The notes under the pieces: generated by a model
Database searches by the model: none
Told to the model about the DNA's origin: nothing
What the model saw: the letters and a program-made list of their open reading frames with translations, nothing else
Program-made: the position numbers and the translations under genes
Shown here: positions 1-9,546 of the stretch, in pieces
How positions within the stretch are numbered: position 1 is the stretch's first letter
Layout of the letters: the number at the start of each line of letters is the position of its first letter
Source: Armatimonadota bacterium
GTDB lineage: Bacteria; Armatimonadota; UBA5829; DTLH01
Assembly: GCA_038207085.1 (NCBI GenBank)
Contig: JBBRAE010000032.1
Coordinates: 1-29,042 of the forward strand
DNA: 29,042 nucleotides
Reading direction: 5' to 3'

Positions 1-167
1 CGAGAGGGAACTCGACTTTCTCATGTCTTTCAGTATAGCTTAATTCAGACCACCAAACTGTCTAGATTTCTGGGTCCACTATACTTGTAGTTCTCCTAGT
101 ATACAGCTACACTATAATGTCTGCAATTATGAGCAAAGACGGCGCGTATTGCAGCTCGTAAAAGTCT

Positions 168-1640
168 ATGTCTATGATATACAAACAACCAAAGAACCTC
201 ACTCAGCTCAAAGCGTGGTGGAGAGCGCCTTCCGGTTACCGAGAAGTCCTCGCGCTCGCCGGTCCACTTGTGCTCAGCACCGGGTCGATGACTATACAGC
301 AGTTTGTGGACAGGATGTTTCTGTCGTGGCACTCGGAGACTGCTTTTGCGGCGTCTCTACCGGCGGGACTGTTTTCGTTTACGATCCTGTGTTTCTTCAT
401 CGGCACAGCCTCCTACGCTAACACGTTTGTAGCGCAGTTCTACGGGTCAGGGCAATTGTCCAAGGTGGCCTCATCTGTATGGCAGGCAGTATACTTCACA
501 TTGATTGCCACTGTGGCAGTGCTTGCCTTTGCCCCTCTCGCAGGGGGTATATTCAGATTCGCGGGACACGACCCCGCGGTGCAAAAGCTCGAAGTCAAGT
601 ATTTTACGATTATGATCTACGGCGGGGGCTTTGCGGTGCTTTCCAGCGCTCTTTCCTGCTTTTTTACGGGACTTGGCAAGACCATGACTGTGATGAAGGT
701 GAACATCGCTGCGACTGCAATCAATATCGTGCTCGATTATATCATGATCTTCGGCAAGCTCGGGTTTCCAGAGATGGGCATCGAGGGCGCAGCGTATGCA
801 ACGGTTATATCGTCCATTTTTGCATGCGTGGTCCTCTTCGTGACGTTCCTGAACCGTGAGAACAACCTCCACTATGCCACGCGGCGGGAGTGGCGATTCA
901 ACAAGTCGATATTCCTCCGGCTGATGCGGTTCGGTGCCCCCAGTGGGGCTCAGTTTATGCTCGACATGATCTCATTTTCCCTTTTTGTTATGCTGGTGGG
1001 AAGACTCGGAGCCGTGGAACTTGGGGCTACCACTCTCGCCTTCCAAGTGAACACTGTAGCGTTCCTGCCGATGATCGGGTTTTCAATCGCTACAACGACG
1101 ATTGTCGGGCAACGGCTTGGTGAGAACAAACCGACTCTCGCTACTCGCGCGACTTGGTCCGCGTTTCACCTGACCTTTATTTACATGACGATAATGGCGA
1201 TACTCTACGTGACTGTGCCTCGCATATTCATTGCGCCATTTGCTGCCAAGGCTGACCCGACGCAGTTTGCGCCTATGTACGACATGGCAGTGATTATCCT
1301 GCGATTCGTCGCGCTCTACTCGGTCTTCGACACGATGAACCTGATCTTTGCCTCCGCGCTCAAGGGTGCTGGAGACACATTCTTTGTTATGTGCCTCTCT
1401 ACTGGGCTTGGGATGGGCATGATGGTTATACCAACGTGGATCATCTGCACCTACGGAGGTGGAATCTACGCGGCGTGGGGGGTTCTTACACTATTCGTCA
1501 CTGTGCTTGGCTTCTGCTTCCTGATCAGGTTCCTTAAGGGCAGGTGGCGTGACATGAGGGTGATCGACACGTCTCACCCTTTAGAAATCGCTCCTGAGCA
1601 GACATCAGCAGGAGTTACTCGCGACACGGAGTTAATTTGA
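168..1640 (+). CDS. MATE family efflux transporter (NorM/DinF-like)
   Basis: 490 aa with about 12 hydrophobic segments in two repeated halves. It carries MATE motifs (VDRMFLS, FVAQFYGSG, IFGKLGFPEMGIEGAAYAT, ALKGAGDT). A TATAAT lies at 113-118 upstream. Confidence 0.93.
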   Translation: MSMIYKQPKNLTQLKAWWRAPSGYREVLALAGPLVLSTGSMTIQQFVDRMFLSWHSETAFAASLPAGLFSFTILCFFIGTASYANTFVAQFYGSGQLSKVASSVWQAVYFTLIATVAVLAFAPLAGGIFRFAGHDPAVQKLEVKYFTIMIYGGGFAVLSSALSCFFTGLGKTMTVMKVNIAATAINIVLDYIMIFGKLGFPEMGIEGAAYATVISSIFACVVLFVTFLNRENNLHYATRREWRFNKSIFLRLMRFGAPSGAQFMLDMISFSLFVMLVGRLGAVELGATTLAFQVNTVAFLPMIGFSIATTTIVGQRLGENKPTLATRATWSAFHLTFIYMTIMAILYVTVPRIFIAPFAAKADPTQFAPMYDMAVIILRFVALYSVFDTMNLIFASALKGAGDTFFVMCLSTGLGMGMMVIPTWIICTYGGGIYAAWGVLTLFVTVLGFCFLIRFLKGRWRDMRVIDTSHPLEIAPEQTSAGVTRDTELI

Positions 1641-1665
1641 CGAGCCGCCGAATATTCGCTATCAT
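1637..1665 (+). promoter_or_regulatory. sigma70-type promoter of the thi operon
   Basis: TTGACG (1637-1642), 17-bp spacer, TATCAT (1660-1665), just upstream of the TPP aptamer. Confidence 0.65.
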
Positions 1666-1694
1666 AGTGCTGGAATACTTTTTGACAAGTTAAT

Positions 1695-1787
1695 ACGGCG
1701 GAGGGAGCTCATGTTATGGGCTGAGAGTGGACTACAAGCACCAGACCTCTTGACCTGATCGGGATAATGCCCGCGTAGGAAGAGCTA
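1695..1787 (+). ncRNA. TPP (THI-box) riboswitch aptamer
   Basis: Hallmark motifs GGAGGGAGC...GCTGAGAG...GACCTCTTGACCTGATCGGGATAATGCCCGCGTAGGAA. P2 GGAGG/CCTCT and P3 CTCAT/ATGGG can pair. It lies directly upstream of the thiamine genes. Confidence 0.95.
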
Positions 1788-1794
1788 CATTGAG

Positions 1795-1828
1795 AGCACA
1801 CCCATACGTGGGTGTGCTTTTTCATTTT
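1795..1828 (+). terminator. Intrinsic terminator (TPP riboswitch expression platform)
   Basis: Perfect 10-bp stem AGCACACCCA-TACG-TGGGTGTGCT followed by TTTTCATTTT, between the aptamer and the thiS RBS. Confidence 0.88.
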
Positions 1829-1846
1829 GTGTAGGAGAGAGTTATA

Positions 1847-2047
1847 GTGCGTGTTTACATCAATGGCTCTGAGACTGAGGTAGCCGAAAAGATCACAGTG
1901 TCGGCACTCCTGACCCAAATGGGGCTCGACCCCGATACCGTGGTAGTAGAGCACAATATGGTCATTCGGGCGAAAAGCGAGTGGGCACAGTTGTCGCTTG
2001 CCGCAAGCGACAAGCTTGAGATCGTTACGTTTGTAGGAGGAGGATAG
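1847..2047 (+). CDS. thiS: Sulfur carrier protein ThiS
   Basis: 66 aa ubiquitin-like fold ending [17 protein letters not shown] and GTG start. Confidence 0.96.
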   Translation: MRVYINGSETEVAEKITVSALLTQMGLDPDTVVVEHNMVIRAKSEWAQLSLAASDKLEIVTFVGGG

Positions 2048-2051
2048 GGTC

Positions 2052-2822
2052 GTGTCTGACGTGTTGGAAATTGGTGGAATTGAGCTCAGGAGCAGACTGT
2101 TTCTGGGTTCCGGCAAGTTTGCCGCGAACAAAGTTATACCCGATGTCGTAGCGGCGTCCGGGGCGCAGGTTGTGACGGTTGCCGTGCGGAGGGTCGATAT
2201 GGCTTCTGCTGACGAGAATATCCTGACCCACATCCCCAAAGACTGCGTGCTGATGCCAAACACATCCGGTGCGCGCACAGCCGAGGAAGCGGTGCGCATC
2301 GCCCGGCTCGCCCGTGCGGCGGGGTGTGGCAACTGGGTCAAAATCGAGGTAATCTCGGATAATCGTTACCTGCTTCCTGATAACTTCGAGACGATCAAAG
2401 CTACCGAGGTGCTGGCAGGCGAAGGATTTGTCGTGCTTCCATATATGAGCCCGGACCTGATGGCCGCAAAGCGGCTTGCAGACGCGGGAGCGGCAGCGAT
2501 TATGCCGCTGGGCTCCCCGATCGGCACCAACCGGGGGCTTAAGACCAAGGAGCTTGTCCGGATTCTGATCGAGGAGATTCCGCTGCCGATAGTCGTCGAC
2601 GCGGGTATCGGCAGGCCGTCTGAAGCCGCGGAGGCAATGGAGATGGGGGCCGCGGCGGTGCTCGTCAACACCGCCATCGCCACCGCTGGTGACCCGGTCG
2701 CGATGGCGCGCGCATTCGGAATGGCCGTAGAGGCAGGACGCATGGCGCACCTCTCCTCCCCGGGCGCGATCCTGCAGTACGCGAACGCCTCGTCACCGCT
2801 TACGGGGTTTCTTTCTGAGTGA
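2052..2822 (+). CDS. thiG: Thiazole synthase ThiG
   Basis: Motifs [54 protein letters not shown]. Confidence 0.97.
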   Translation: MSDVLEIGGIELRSRLFLGSGKFAANKVIPDVVAASGAQVVTVAVRRVDMASADENILTHIPKDCVLMPNTSGARTAEEAVRIARLARAAGCGNWVKIEVISDNRYLLPDNFETIKATEVLAGEGFVVLPYMSPDLMAAKRLADAGAAAIMPLGSPIGTNRGLKTKELVRILIEEIPLPIVVDAGIGRPSEAAEAMEMGAAAVLVNTAIATAGDPVAMARAFGMAVEAGRMAHLSSPGAILQYANASSPLTGFLSE

Positions 2823-2826
2823 TACT

Positions 2827-3939
2827 ATGTATAATATTGAAGGCTTTTTTCAAACAATCTTAGACTACCAAGACTTCGACACGGAGGCGTTTTTCGCAGG
2901 TGTGACTGAGCCGGATGTTCGGCGGGTGATCGCACAGAACCGACTGGGTCCGCTCGACTATTTGACGCTGCTATCGCCTGTGGCGGAAGACTTCTTGGAA
3001 GAAATGGCACAGAAAGCTCACCGGCTCACTCTGCAGCACTTTGGGCGGACTATGCTGCTCTTTACGCCAATTTATGTCGCAAACCACTGCGTCAATCAGT
3101 GTCTCTACTGCGGCTTCAACGTCAAGATTGACCTGCACCGCACCAAACTAACCATAGAAGAGGTCGCCGCCGAAGCTGAAGTCATCGCCTCGACTGGTCT
3201 CAAGCATATTTTGCTTCTTACGGGAGAATCCACGCATCACACGCCGGTCTCATACATCAGGGAGTGCGTCGAGACTCTCGGGCGACACTTTACATCGATC
3301 AGTATCGAGATATACCCTCTGGAGGAGTCCGATTATCGTGAGTTGATCGCATGTGGAGTGGACGGTTTGACTGTCTATCAGGAGACCTATGACCGCGATC
3401 GCTATGCGTATCTTCATCCTGCGGGACCCAAGCGGGACTACGGGTTCCGCCTGGACGCGCCGGAGCGAGGATGCCGGGCAGGGATGCGAAGCGTGAACAT
3501 TGGGGCACTCCTTGGGCTCGCTGACTGGCGGCGAGAGGCATTTCTCACAGGGCTGCACGCTGACTATCTGCAGCGCAAATACCCCGACGTCGAAATAAGC
3601 ATTTCGCCGCCCCGCATACGTCCGCAGATCGGTGGGTTTCAGCCGGCTGTTAAAGTTACAGATCAGAATCTTGTGCAATATGTTACAGCATATCGGTTGT
3701 ATATGCCAAGAAGCGGCGTGACGCTCTCGACCCGTGAGTCGCCCGTGCTTCGCGACAACATGACCCGGCTCGGCGTCACCAAAATGTCGGGTGGAGTGTG
3801 CACCGCGGTTGGAGGACGTTCGCGCTCGGAAGAAACAGGTCAGTTCCAGATCGCCGATGAACGATCAGTCTATGAGGTGGCGAAGATGCTGTATCAGGCA
3901 GGGTATCAGCCGGTATTTAAGGATTGGCAGACGGTATAG
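2827..3939 (+). CDS. thiH: 2-iminoacetate synthase (tyrosine lyase, radical SAM) ThiH
   Basis: CxxxCxYC (CVNQCLYC), YQETY, HPAGPK, GALLGL, LSTRE and QFQIADERS motifs; thi operon context. Confidence 0.96.
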   Translation: MYNIEGFFQTILDYQDFDTEAFFAGVTEPDVRRVIAQNRLGPLDYLTLLSPVAEDFLEEMAQKAHRLTLQHFGRTMLLFTPIYVANHCVNQCLYCGFNVKIDLHRTKLTIEEVAAEAEVIASTGLKHILLLTGESTHHTPVSYIRECVETLGRHFTSISIEIYPLEESDYRELIACGVDGLTVYQETYDRDRYAYLHPAGPKRDYGFRLDAPERGCRAGMRSVNIGALLGLADWRREAFLTGLHADYLQRKYPDVEISISPPRIRPQIGGFQPAVKVTDQNLVQYVTAYRLYMPRSGVTLSTRESPVLRDNMTRLGVTKMSGGVCTAVGGRSRSEETGQFQIADERSVYEVAKMLYQAGYQPVFKDWQTV

Positions 3940-3951
3940 GGAGAGAACACT

Positions 3952-4581
3952 TTGAACAAGTTTGAGGAAGCGCTGGGGCGCTATTTGAGCCAGGAACAGC
4001 TTCAAAAGATACAGTCGACCAAGGTAGGAATCGCTGGCGCGGGGGGACTTGGATCAAACTGCGCAGCGGCGCTTGTGCGCACGGGGTTTCGGCGTATCAA
4101 GATCGCTGACTTCGACGTAGTGGACTATTCCAACCTCAACCGGCAGTTCTATTTTCTCGATCAGGCGGGCCGGGCCAAGGTTGAGGCGCTTGCGGAGAAT
4201 CTGGCTCGGATCAACCCCGACGCTTGCATCGAGACTGAGACTGTCAGGCTTGAGTCGGAGAATCTGATGGACGTGTTCGCCGGCTGCGACGTGGTGGTCG
4301 AGGCGTTCGACCTCGCACGGTATAAGCGGCTGATTGTCGAAACCTATATTGACTCTGGCAAGTTGCTCGTCTCGGCTTCGGGGCTTGCGGGCTGGGGAAA
4401 TAGCGACCGGATCAAAGTGCGCCGCGTCAGGGAGAACTTCTTTATGGTGGGCGACACGGTGACGGGAGTCGGCCCGGACACCCCACCCCTCGCGCCCTGC
4501 GTGATGATCGCTGCGGCAAAACAGGCAGACGTGGTGCTCAGCTATGCTGTTGGCACACTTCAAGGAGACTATCCGCTATGA
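3952..4581 (+). CDS. thiF: Sulfur carrier protein ThiS adenylyltransferase ThiF
   Basis: GIAGAGGLGS, DFDVVDYSNLNRQ and VVEAFD motifs. TTG start with GGAG RBS. Confidence 0.93.
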   Translation: MNKFEEALGRYLSQEQLQKIQSTKVGIAGAGGLGSNCAAALVRTGFRRIKIADFDVVDYSNLNRQFYFLDQAGRAKVEALAENLARINPDACIETETVRLESENLMDVFAGCDVVVEAFDLARYKRLIVETYIDSGKLLVSASGLAGWGNSDRIKVRRVRENFFMVGDTVTGVGPDTPPLAPCVMIAAAKQADVVLSYAVGTLQGDYPL

Positions 4582-5228
4582 AACACCGAGCAAAACTCGC
4601 GAACTTCCTCTCAACTGACATCTACGGCATCACCGCCGATGAATACTCACTCAGGCGCGGCAACGTCGAGACGGTGCGCCTGTTGATCGAGGCTGGGGTG
4701 AAGGTTGTTCAATATAGAGAGAAAGACAAACTCGCCGCGCGTATGTATGAGGAGTGCTTGCTTATTCGGGAGATGACCCAAAAGAGCGGCGTTACATTCG
4801 TCGTAAATGACCATGTTGATCTTGCTGTGGCAGTAGACGCTGACGGGGTGCACGTCGGCCAGGAGGACCTTCCTCCAGAGAGAGTGCGGCTGATCGTCGG
4901 GGAGGAGATGCTGATCGGCCTCTCAACTCACTCCCCCGCGCAGGCTGAAGCTGCGCAGGGTCTCGCGGGTGTGATAGATTACATCGGCGTCGGCCCAATC
5001 TTTGCGACAAAGACCAAAAGAGATGTCTGCGACGCCGTCGGGCTCGAGTATCTTCAGTATGTGGTCGAGAACGTCGATCTGCCATTTGTGGCAATCGGTG
5101 GGATCAAGGAGCATAATATCGGGCTCGTGCGAAACTCGGGCGCAAAGATCGTTTCGCTTGTCACGGAGATTGTGGGCGCAGTTGATATTCCAGCAAAAGT
5201 GAAGTCCATTAGGGCAGCGCTTGTTTAG
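4578..5228 (+). CDS. thiE: Thiamine phosphate synthase ThiE
   Basis: VQYREK, VNDHVD, ADGVHVGQED, GLSTHS, DYIGVGPIFATKTK and VAIGGI motifs. ATGA overlap with thiF. Confidence 0.96.
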   Translation: MKHRAKLANFLSTDIYGITADEYSLRRGNVETVRLLIEAGVKVVQYREKDKLAARMYEECLLIREMTQKSGVTFVVNDHVDLAVAVDADGVHVGQEDLPPERVRLIVGEEMLIGLSTHSPAQAEAAQGLAGVIDYIGVGPIFATKTKRDVCDAVGLEYLQYVVENVDLPFVAIGGIKEHNIGLVRNSGAKIVSLVTEIVGAVDIPAKVKSIRAALV

Positions 5229-5292
5229 GCTGTCTTTTTTTGTAGCAAGCAGTCTATTATCCCTGTTTTTGCGTTTGGAGCCCCTTTTCCCC

Positions 5293-5321
5293 TTGACACA
5301 CATCTCCGTCCGTTGTATCAT
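5293..5321 (+). promoter_or_regulatory. sigma70-type promoter of DUF2905-queA
   Basis: TTGACA (5293-5298), 17-bp spacer, TATCAT (5316-5321). Confidence 0.75.
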
Positions 5322-5362
5322 TGCCTGCGTACAAGTTTTTTGCGTGAAAGTTGGACATACCA

Positions 5363-5575
5363 ATGGCCGTGGGAAAGCTTCTGGTTCTTATCGGCATTTT
5401 CATAGTTCTGGTCGGCTTGGTCTTTATGGCAATTGAGAGCTTTACCGGAGGCCGTGGGCTGCCCGGGGACATCGTTTTCAGGCGGGGGAACCTCACAGTG
5501 TTCTTACCGATCGTTACGATGATCCTCGTCAGTCTGATCCTGACGCTGATTCTCAACCTGGTGTTCCGGAGATAG
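5363..5575 (+). CDS. DUF2905 small membrane protein (YrzS-like)
   Basis: Two hydrophobic helices around GLPGDIVF...FLPIVTMILVSLILTLILN, in the known position directly upstream of queA. Alternative start is TTG 5351. Confidence 0.88.
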   Translation: MAVGKLLVLIGIFIVLVGLVFMAIESFTGGRGLPGDIVFRRGNLTVFLPIVTMILVSLILTLILNLVFRR

Positions 5576-5580
5576 TTCAT

Positions 5581-6594
5581 TTGCTGCTCAAGGATTTTGA
5601 CTACCCGCTTCCTGAGGAACTGATTGCTCAGGAGCCTCTCGCCGAGCGCGATCAATCGAGACTTCTCGTGCTCGATCGCGAGACGGGTAATATATCGCAC
5701 AGACAATTTCGCAATATTCTCGAGTATATCGAGCCCGGCGACCTGATGGTGTTTAACGACACCAGAGTCGTCGCTACGCGCCTGTTCGGGAGCAAACCTA
5801 CGGGGGCACGGGTCGAGGCACTTCTTACCGCCAACCTCGGGGAGAACCGCTGGCGGGCTATGATCAAACCCGGTCGTCGTGTGCCGGTTGGAACAGAGCT
5901 TTCGTTTGGTGAGGGTGAGCTCAGGGCGCTTGTCGTTGATCGCAGCGACGATGGCGGCAGAATCGTCGAGTTTTCTTCCGACGGCGACACCGAGGACCTT
6001 ATCGCAACACTCGGCGAGGTACCACTCCCACCATATATTTGCAAGAGGCTCGAAGACCGCGAGCGGTATCAGACCGTTTATGCCACGGAAGACGGTTCGG
6101 CCGCAGCTCCGACTGCTGGGCTGCATTTTACGCCGCAGGTGCTCCAGGCTATACGCGACAAAGGTGTTGAAACGGTGTTTATCACCCTGCATGTCGGGAT
6201 CGGGACGTTTCGACCGGTTCGAGTCGAAAACATACTTGAGCACGAAATGCACGCTGAGCACGTATTCCTTGGTGAGGATGCGGCTGAAAAGCTTAACTCT
6301 TGCAAAGGCAGAATTATCTGCGTAGGCACCACCACCGCCCGGGCGCTTGAGAGCGCTGCGGTCGCAAAGCGCAGAGTCGAGCCGATGTGCGCTGAAACCA
6401 AACTCTTTATGACACCGGGGTATGAGTTCAAGATGATAGATGCTCTGGTCACAAACTTTCACATGCCGCGCTCGACGCTTCTCGTTCTGATAAGCGCGCT
6501 TGCAGGCAGAGATACTATTATGAATGCCTACGCCGAAGCTATACGGGAGCGATATAGACTCCTAAGCTTCGGTGACGCTATGTTGATTGTCTAG
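5581..6594 (+). CDS. queA: S-adenosylmethionine:tRNA ribosyltransferase-isomerase QueA
   Basis: DFDYPLPEELIAQEP, VFNDTRV, PLPPYI, YQTVYA, AAPTAGLHF, LHVGIGTFRPV, TNFHMPRSTL, SFGDAMLI. Confidence 0.98.
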   Translation: MLLKDFDYPLPEELIAQEPLAERDQSRLLVLDRETGNISHRQFRNILEYIEPGDLMVFNDTRVVATRLFGSKPTGARVEALLTANLGENRWRAMIKPGRRVPVGTELSFGEGELRALVVDRSDDGGRIVEFSSDGDTEDLIATLGEVPLPPYICKRLEDRERYQTVYATEDGSAAAPTAGLHFTPQVLQAIRDKGVETVFITLHVGIGTFRPVRVENILEHEMHAEHVFLGEDAAEKLNSCKGRIICVGTTTARALESAAVAKRRVEPMCAETKLFMTPGYEFKMIDALVTNFHMPRSTLLVLISALAGRDTIMNAYAEAIRERYRLLSFGDAMLIV

Positions 6595-6629
6595 AAAAAC
6601 CGTACCACAATCGGGATTAGGAGACGTAT

Positions 6630-7511
6630 ATGAGTAACTATGAGGGCAAACTTGGTGAGTGGCTGAAGTATGTTCAGCAGCAGGTCGAGGCGGTTGCAAA
6701 GCCCGGAGACAAGAAGTCTGAAGATCAGCCGCAACCAGTTGAACAAGAGATGACCGGTCAGCCAGTGGAGGTTCCGAAGGACGTGATCGTCCGCGACCGA
6801 CTTGGCAGACTTACCGCGGAAGACGCCGCAGAGGTCGACCCTAAGTCGGTCATCGGCGACTATTCGCTTATCGAGGACCGCCAGTCGCGCACAAGCGGCA
6901 ATTCGCTCTTTGACGAGGACGACATCCCAAACGTTGAAGACTTCCTGCCGTTCCTGAAGGACAAAGTCGAGCCCGCCCAGAAGCCTCCGGTTATGCCCAA
7001 TATCGAGACCATTGATGACCGGCTAAACACCCTTCCTGAAGGCACCGGTACACCGAAACCGGTCATTAAGGCGCCTGTCGACGAGCCGAAAGTCATAGAG
7101 ACTCCTGTCGCCAAGGCAGAGCCCGTAGTAAACCGTCCAGTTGCAAAGGCGACACCGACACCTAAGCCCGCAGCTCCGGCTCAGGCAGCCAAATCCGAAG
7201 ACGTTTCCGAGATGTGGAACCAGCTTCCGCGCCATATTCAGTTCCTTGCCGGCACTCAGACGGAGGAAGTCGCACAGAACTCGTATAAGATGTTCAAGGA
7301 GACCCGCAACCAACTTGTCGCGAGACTCCTCGACCCTGAGATTTCCCTTGAAGAAGCTGCTAGGGTTCTGAACGTCTGCCCGACGACTGTCCGGCGCTAT
7401 ACCAACAAAGGTGCGCTTCCACACCACAGAACCGGCGGTAACCAGCGAAGATTCAGACTATCTGACGTGCTGGCGTTCCTTGAGTCAAATACACGAGGGA
7501 CCGCAGCTTAG
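6630..7511 (+). CDS. DNA-binding protein with a C-terminal excisionase/BldC (MerR-like, HTH_17) domain and a long low-complexity N-terminus
   Basis: The C-terminus ISLEEAARVLNVCPTTVRRYTNKGALPHHRTGGNQRRFRLSDVLAFL fits the truncated MerR HTH. About 190 N-terminal aa are rich in P/E/K/A/D. AGGAG RBS. Confidence 0.85.
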   Translation: MSNYEGKLGEWLKYVQQQVEAVAKPGDKKSEDQPQPVEQEMTGQPVEVPKDVIVRDRLGRLTAEDAAEVDPKSVIGDYSLIEDRQSRTSGNSLFDEDDIPNVEDFLPFLKDKVEPAQKPPVMPNIETIDDRLNTLPEGTGTPKPVIKAPVDEPKVIETPVAKAEPVVNRPVAKATPTPKPAAPAQAAKSEDVSEMWNQLPRHIQFLAGTQTEEVAQNSYKMFKETRNQLVARLLDPEISLEEAARVLNVCPTTVRRYTNKGALPHHRTGGNQRRFRLSDVLAFLESNTRGTAA

Positions 7512-7621
7512 CAAGGACGCTTAAACTGCGTAAATGGCGGAATTTGTCATTTGCGAATGAATCGTGATGCGAAGACTCTTTCGGGACGATAGGGAGGCTG
7601 CAAACTGAAGGTACGGATGGC

Positions 7622-8800
7622 ATGCGAGTAGCGATTTTTAGCGAAAGCTACGAGCCAATTGTCAACGGCGTCAGCGTATCGGTTGCCACGCTGCGCGATG
7701 GTATGCGCTCGCGTGGTCACGATGTGTTCGTTTTCGCCCCGAACTATCCAGGGCACGATGATGATGAGTTTACCTTCAGGTTCCCGTCGCGGATGAGCCG
7801 GTTTGCGCCCGGCTATCCCCTCCCCGTCCCGTTCTCACCCGAGATCAGGGACGAGTTCGACCGGATCGCGCCTGATATCGTCCATACTCACACGCCTTTT
7901 CTGCTCGGGCTCACGGGCCTGCGCTGGGCGAGGCGGGCGAAGATATCAATAGTGAGCACCAACCATACGCGTTACACCGAATACGCGCATTATCTGCCGT
8001 GGATGCCAAAGATCGTTACCCGAAGCATACTTATCAGGCACATGAAGTCGTACTATTCGCAGTGCGACGCGGTTGTGGTGCCATCGCGCGTGGTCGAGGA
8101 GGAACTCCTCCGCTACGGGGTGAAAAACAATATCCACGTGATCGGAAGCGGGATACATCCCGTTACGATGACCCCTGGCCCCGACGCGCGTCGCTCACTT
8201 GGGCTTCCAGAGGACGCATTCGTGATTATGTACGCGGGAAGGATCGCTATCGAGAAGAACCTTGCCCTGCTGCTTCGCGCGTTCAAGATCGTCCAGAGGA
8301 GACACCCCAACACCCACCTGGTAATTGCCGGGAGTGGACCATATCTCGACGGCTGCCGGGAGCATGCAGAGACACTTGGAATTTCGCAGTCAACAACTTT
8401 TGTCGGAATGCTAAGCCGTGAGCAACTCGATACGGCTTACAGAGTCGCCGATCTGTTCGCTTTTCCCTCGATGACAGAGACACAGGGCCTTGTCGTATGT
8501 GAAGCTATTACCGCGGGGCTTCCCTGTGTTGCGGTTCGAGCTGGGGCTAACCCGGAAGTGCTTGAAGATGGTGTGGACAGCATTCTTACAGAAAACTCCG
8601 TTCGGGCATTTGCAAAAGCCATCTGCTCCACAATCGGCGACACAGACCTGCGGGACAGATTGGCGGCTGGTGCGGCGCACAATTCCAAACGCTTCAGCAT
8701 CGACGCAATGACCGACCGTTTCGAACGGCTTTACCGATCAACCATCGAAAATAAACGAGATCAACTCATCACTATCGGAGGACGAAAATCGATTGAGTAA
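7622..8800 (+). CDS. Glycosyltransferase family 4 (diacylglycerol glucosyltransferase-like)
   Basis: MRVAIFSESYEPIVNGVSVSV, HTHTPF, TNHTRYTEYAHY, GRIAIEKN and FPSMTETQGLVVCEA motifs. Confidence 0.92.
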   Translation: MRVAIFSESYEPIVNGVSVSVATLRDGMRSRGHDVFVFAPNYPGHDDDEFTFRFPSRMSRFAPGYPLPVPFSPEIRDEFDRIAPDIVHTHTPFLLGLTGLRWARRAKISIVSTNHTRYTEYAHYLPWMPKIVTRSILIRHMKSYYSQCDAVVVPSRVVEEELLRYGVKNNIHVIGSGIHPVTMTPGPDARRSLGLPEDAFVIMYAGRIAIEKNLALLLRAFKIVQRRHPNTHLVIAGSGPYLDGCREHAETLGISQSTTFVGMLSREQLDTAYRVADLFAFPSMTETQGLVVCEAITAGLPCVAVRAGANPEVLEDGVDSILTENSVRAFAKAICSTIGDTDLRDRLAAGAAHNSKRFSIDAMTDRFERLYRSTIENKRDQLITIGGRKSIE

Positions 8801-9437
8801 CATACTTGAAATTCTCGGCCAGTGGATGGCCCACCACATGGCAGCTTTGGGTTATCCCGCAGTCGCCGCACTGATGGCGATCGAAAGCGCCTGCATCCCT
8901 CTCCCGAGCGAGCTGATTATGCCTGTCGCGGGATGGATGACCATCACCCACCCTGATCAGTTCACGGTGTTCGGCTCTGGACTGGCCGGGGCTGTGGGAT
9001 GCGTCATTGGCTCGATTGTGGCCTACTACGCTGGAATGTGGGGAGGAAGGCCGTTTGCCGAGAAATACGGCAAGTATATTCTCGTCAGATCAAGCGACCT
9101 CGACGCCGCTGACCGGTTCTTCAACAAATATGGAAACGCCGCGATCTTTATATCAAGACTTCTGCCGGTTGTACGCACGTTTATATCGTTCCCTGCAGGG
9201 GTGTCGAGGATGAACGTCTTCACATTCTCGATCTATACTTTTCTTGGCTCGCTTCCCTGGTGCGTAGGCTTGGCTTACGCAGGGAAACTCGTCGGTGGCA
9301 ATATCAAGAAGATCAGCCACTATTTCCACGGAGCAGACATCGTAATTGGAGTCATCATCCTGGCATGTCTGGTATTCTATATCTATCACCATGTTAAGCC
9401 CGAAAAGCATAAGTGTAAAACAAAATCCGGCGAATAG
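8793..9437 (+). CDS. DedA family membrane protein
   Basis: IESACIPLPSELIMPVAG and FISRLLPVVRTFISFPAG motifs; overlaps the GT4 stop. Confidence 0.93.
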   Translation: MSNILEILGQWMAHHMAALGYPAVAALMAIESACIPLPSELIMPVAGWMTITHPDQFTVFGSGLAGAVGCVIGSIVAYYAGMWGGRPFAEKYGKYILVRSSDLDAADRFFNKYGNAAIFISRLLPVVRTFISFPAGVSRMNVFTFSIYTFLGSLPWCVGLAYAGKLVGGNIKKISHYFHGADIVIGVIILACLVFYIYHHVKPEKHKCKTKSGE

Positions 9438-9459
9438 GCGTATATAGATGTGATAGCAA

Positions 9460-9502
9460 GTCGCCGCGCGTATTTCGGCCTGCAGGGCTGACGCGCGGCG
9501 AC
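9460..9502. repeat. Long intergenic inverted repeat (hairpin)
   Basis: GTCGCCGCGCGT (9460-9471) is the exact reverse complement of ACGCGCGGCGAC (9491-9502). There is no adjacent U-tract. Confidence 0.7.
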
Positions 9503-9546
9503 CGATAATTTTAGCAGTTCAACTCTTGTACAAGGAATGATCGATT

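Noticed and set aside
1..24. Possible start of a divergent minus-strand gene (MRKSSSLS...)
   Set aside because: Only 8 codons are visible and there is no clear RBS, so it cannot be supported.
5257..6462. 401-aa minus-strand ORF
   Set aside because: It is an antisense shadow of DUF2905-queA, with no recognisable motifs.
7569..7579. 11-mer GCGAAGACTCT shared (inverted) with 20309-20319
   Set aside because: A single 11-bp match in 29 kb is expected by chance, and the flanks show only weak similarity.
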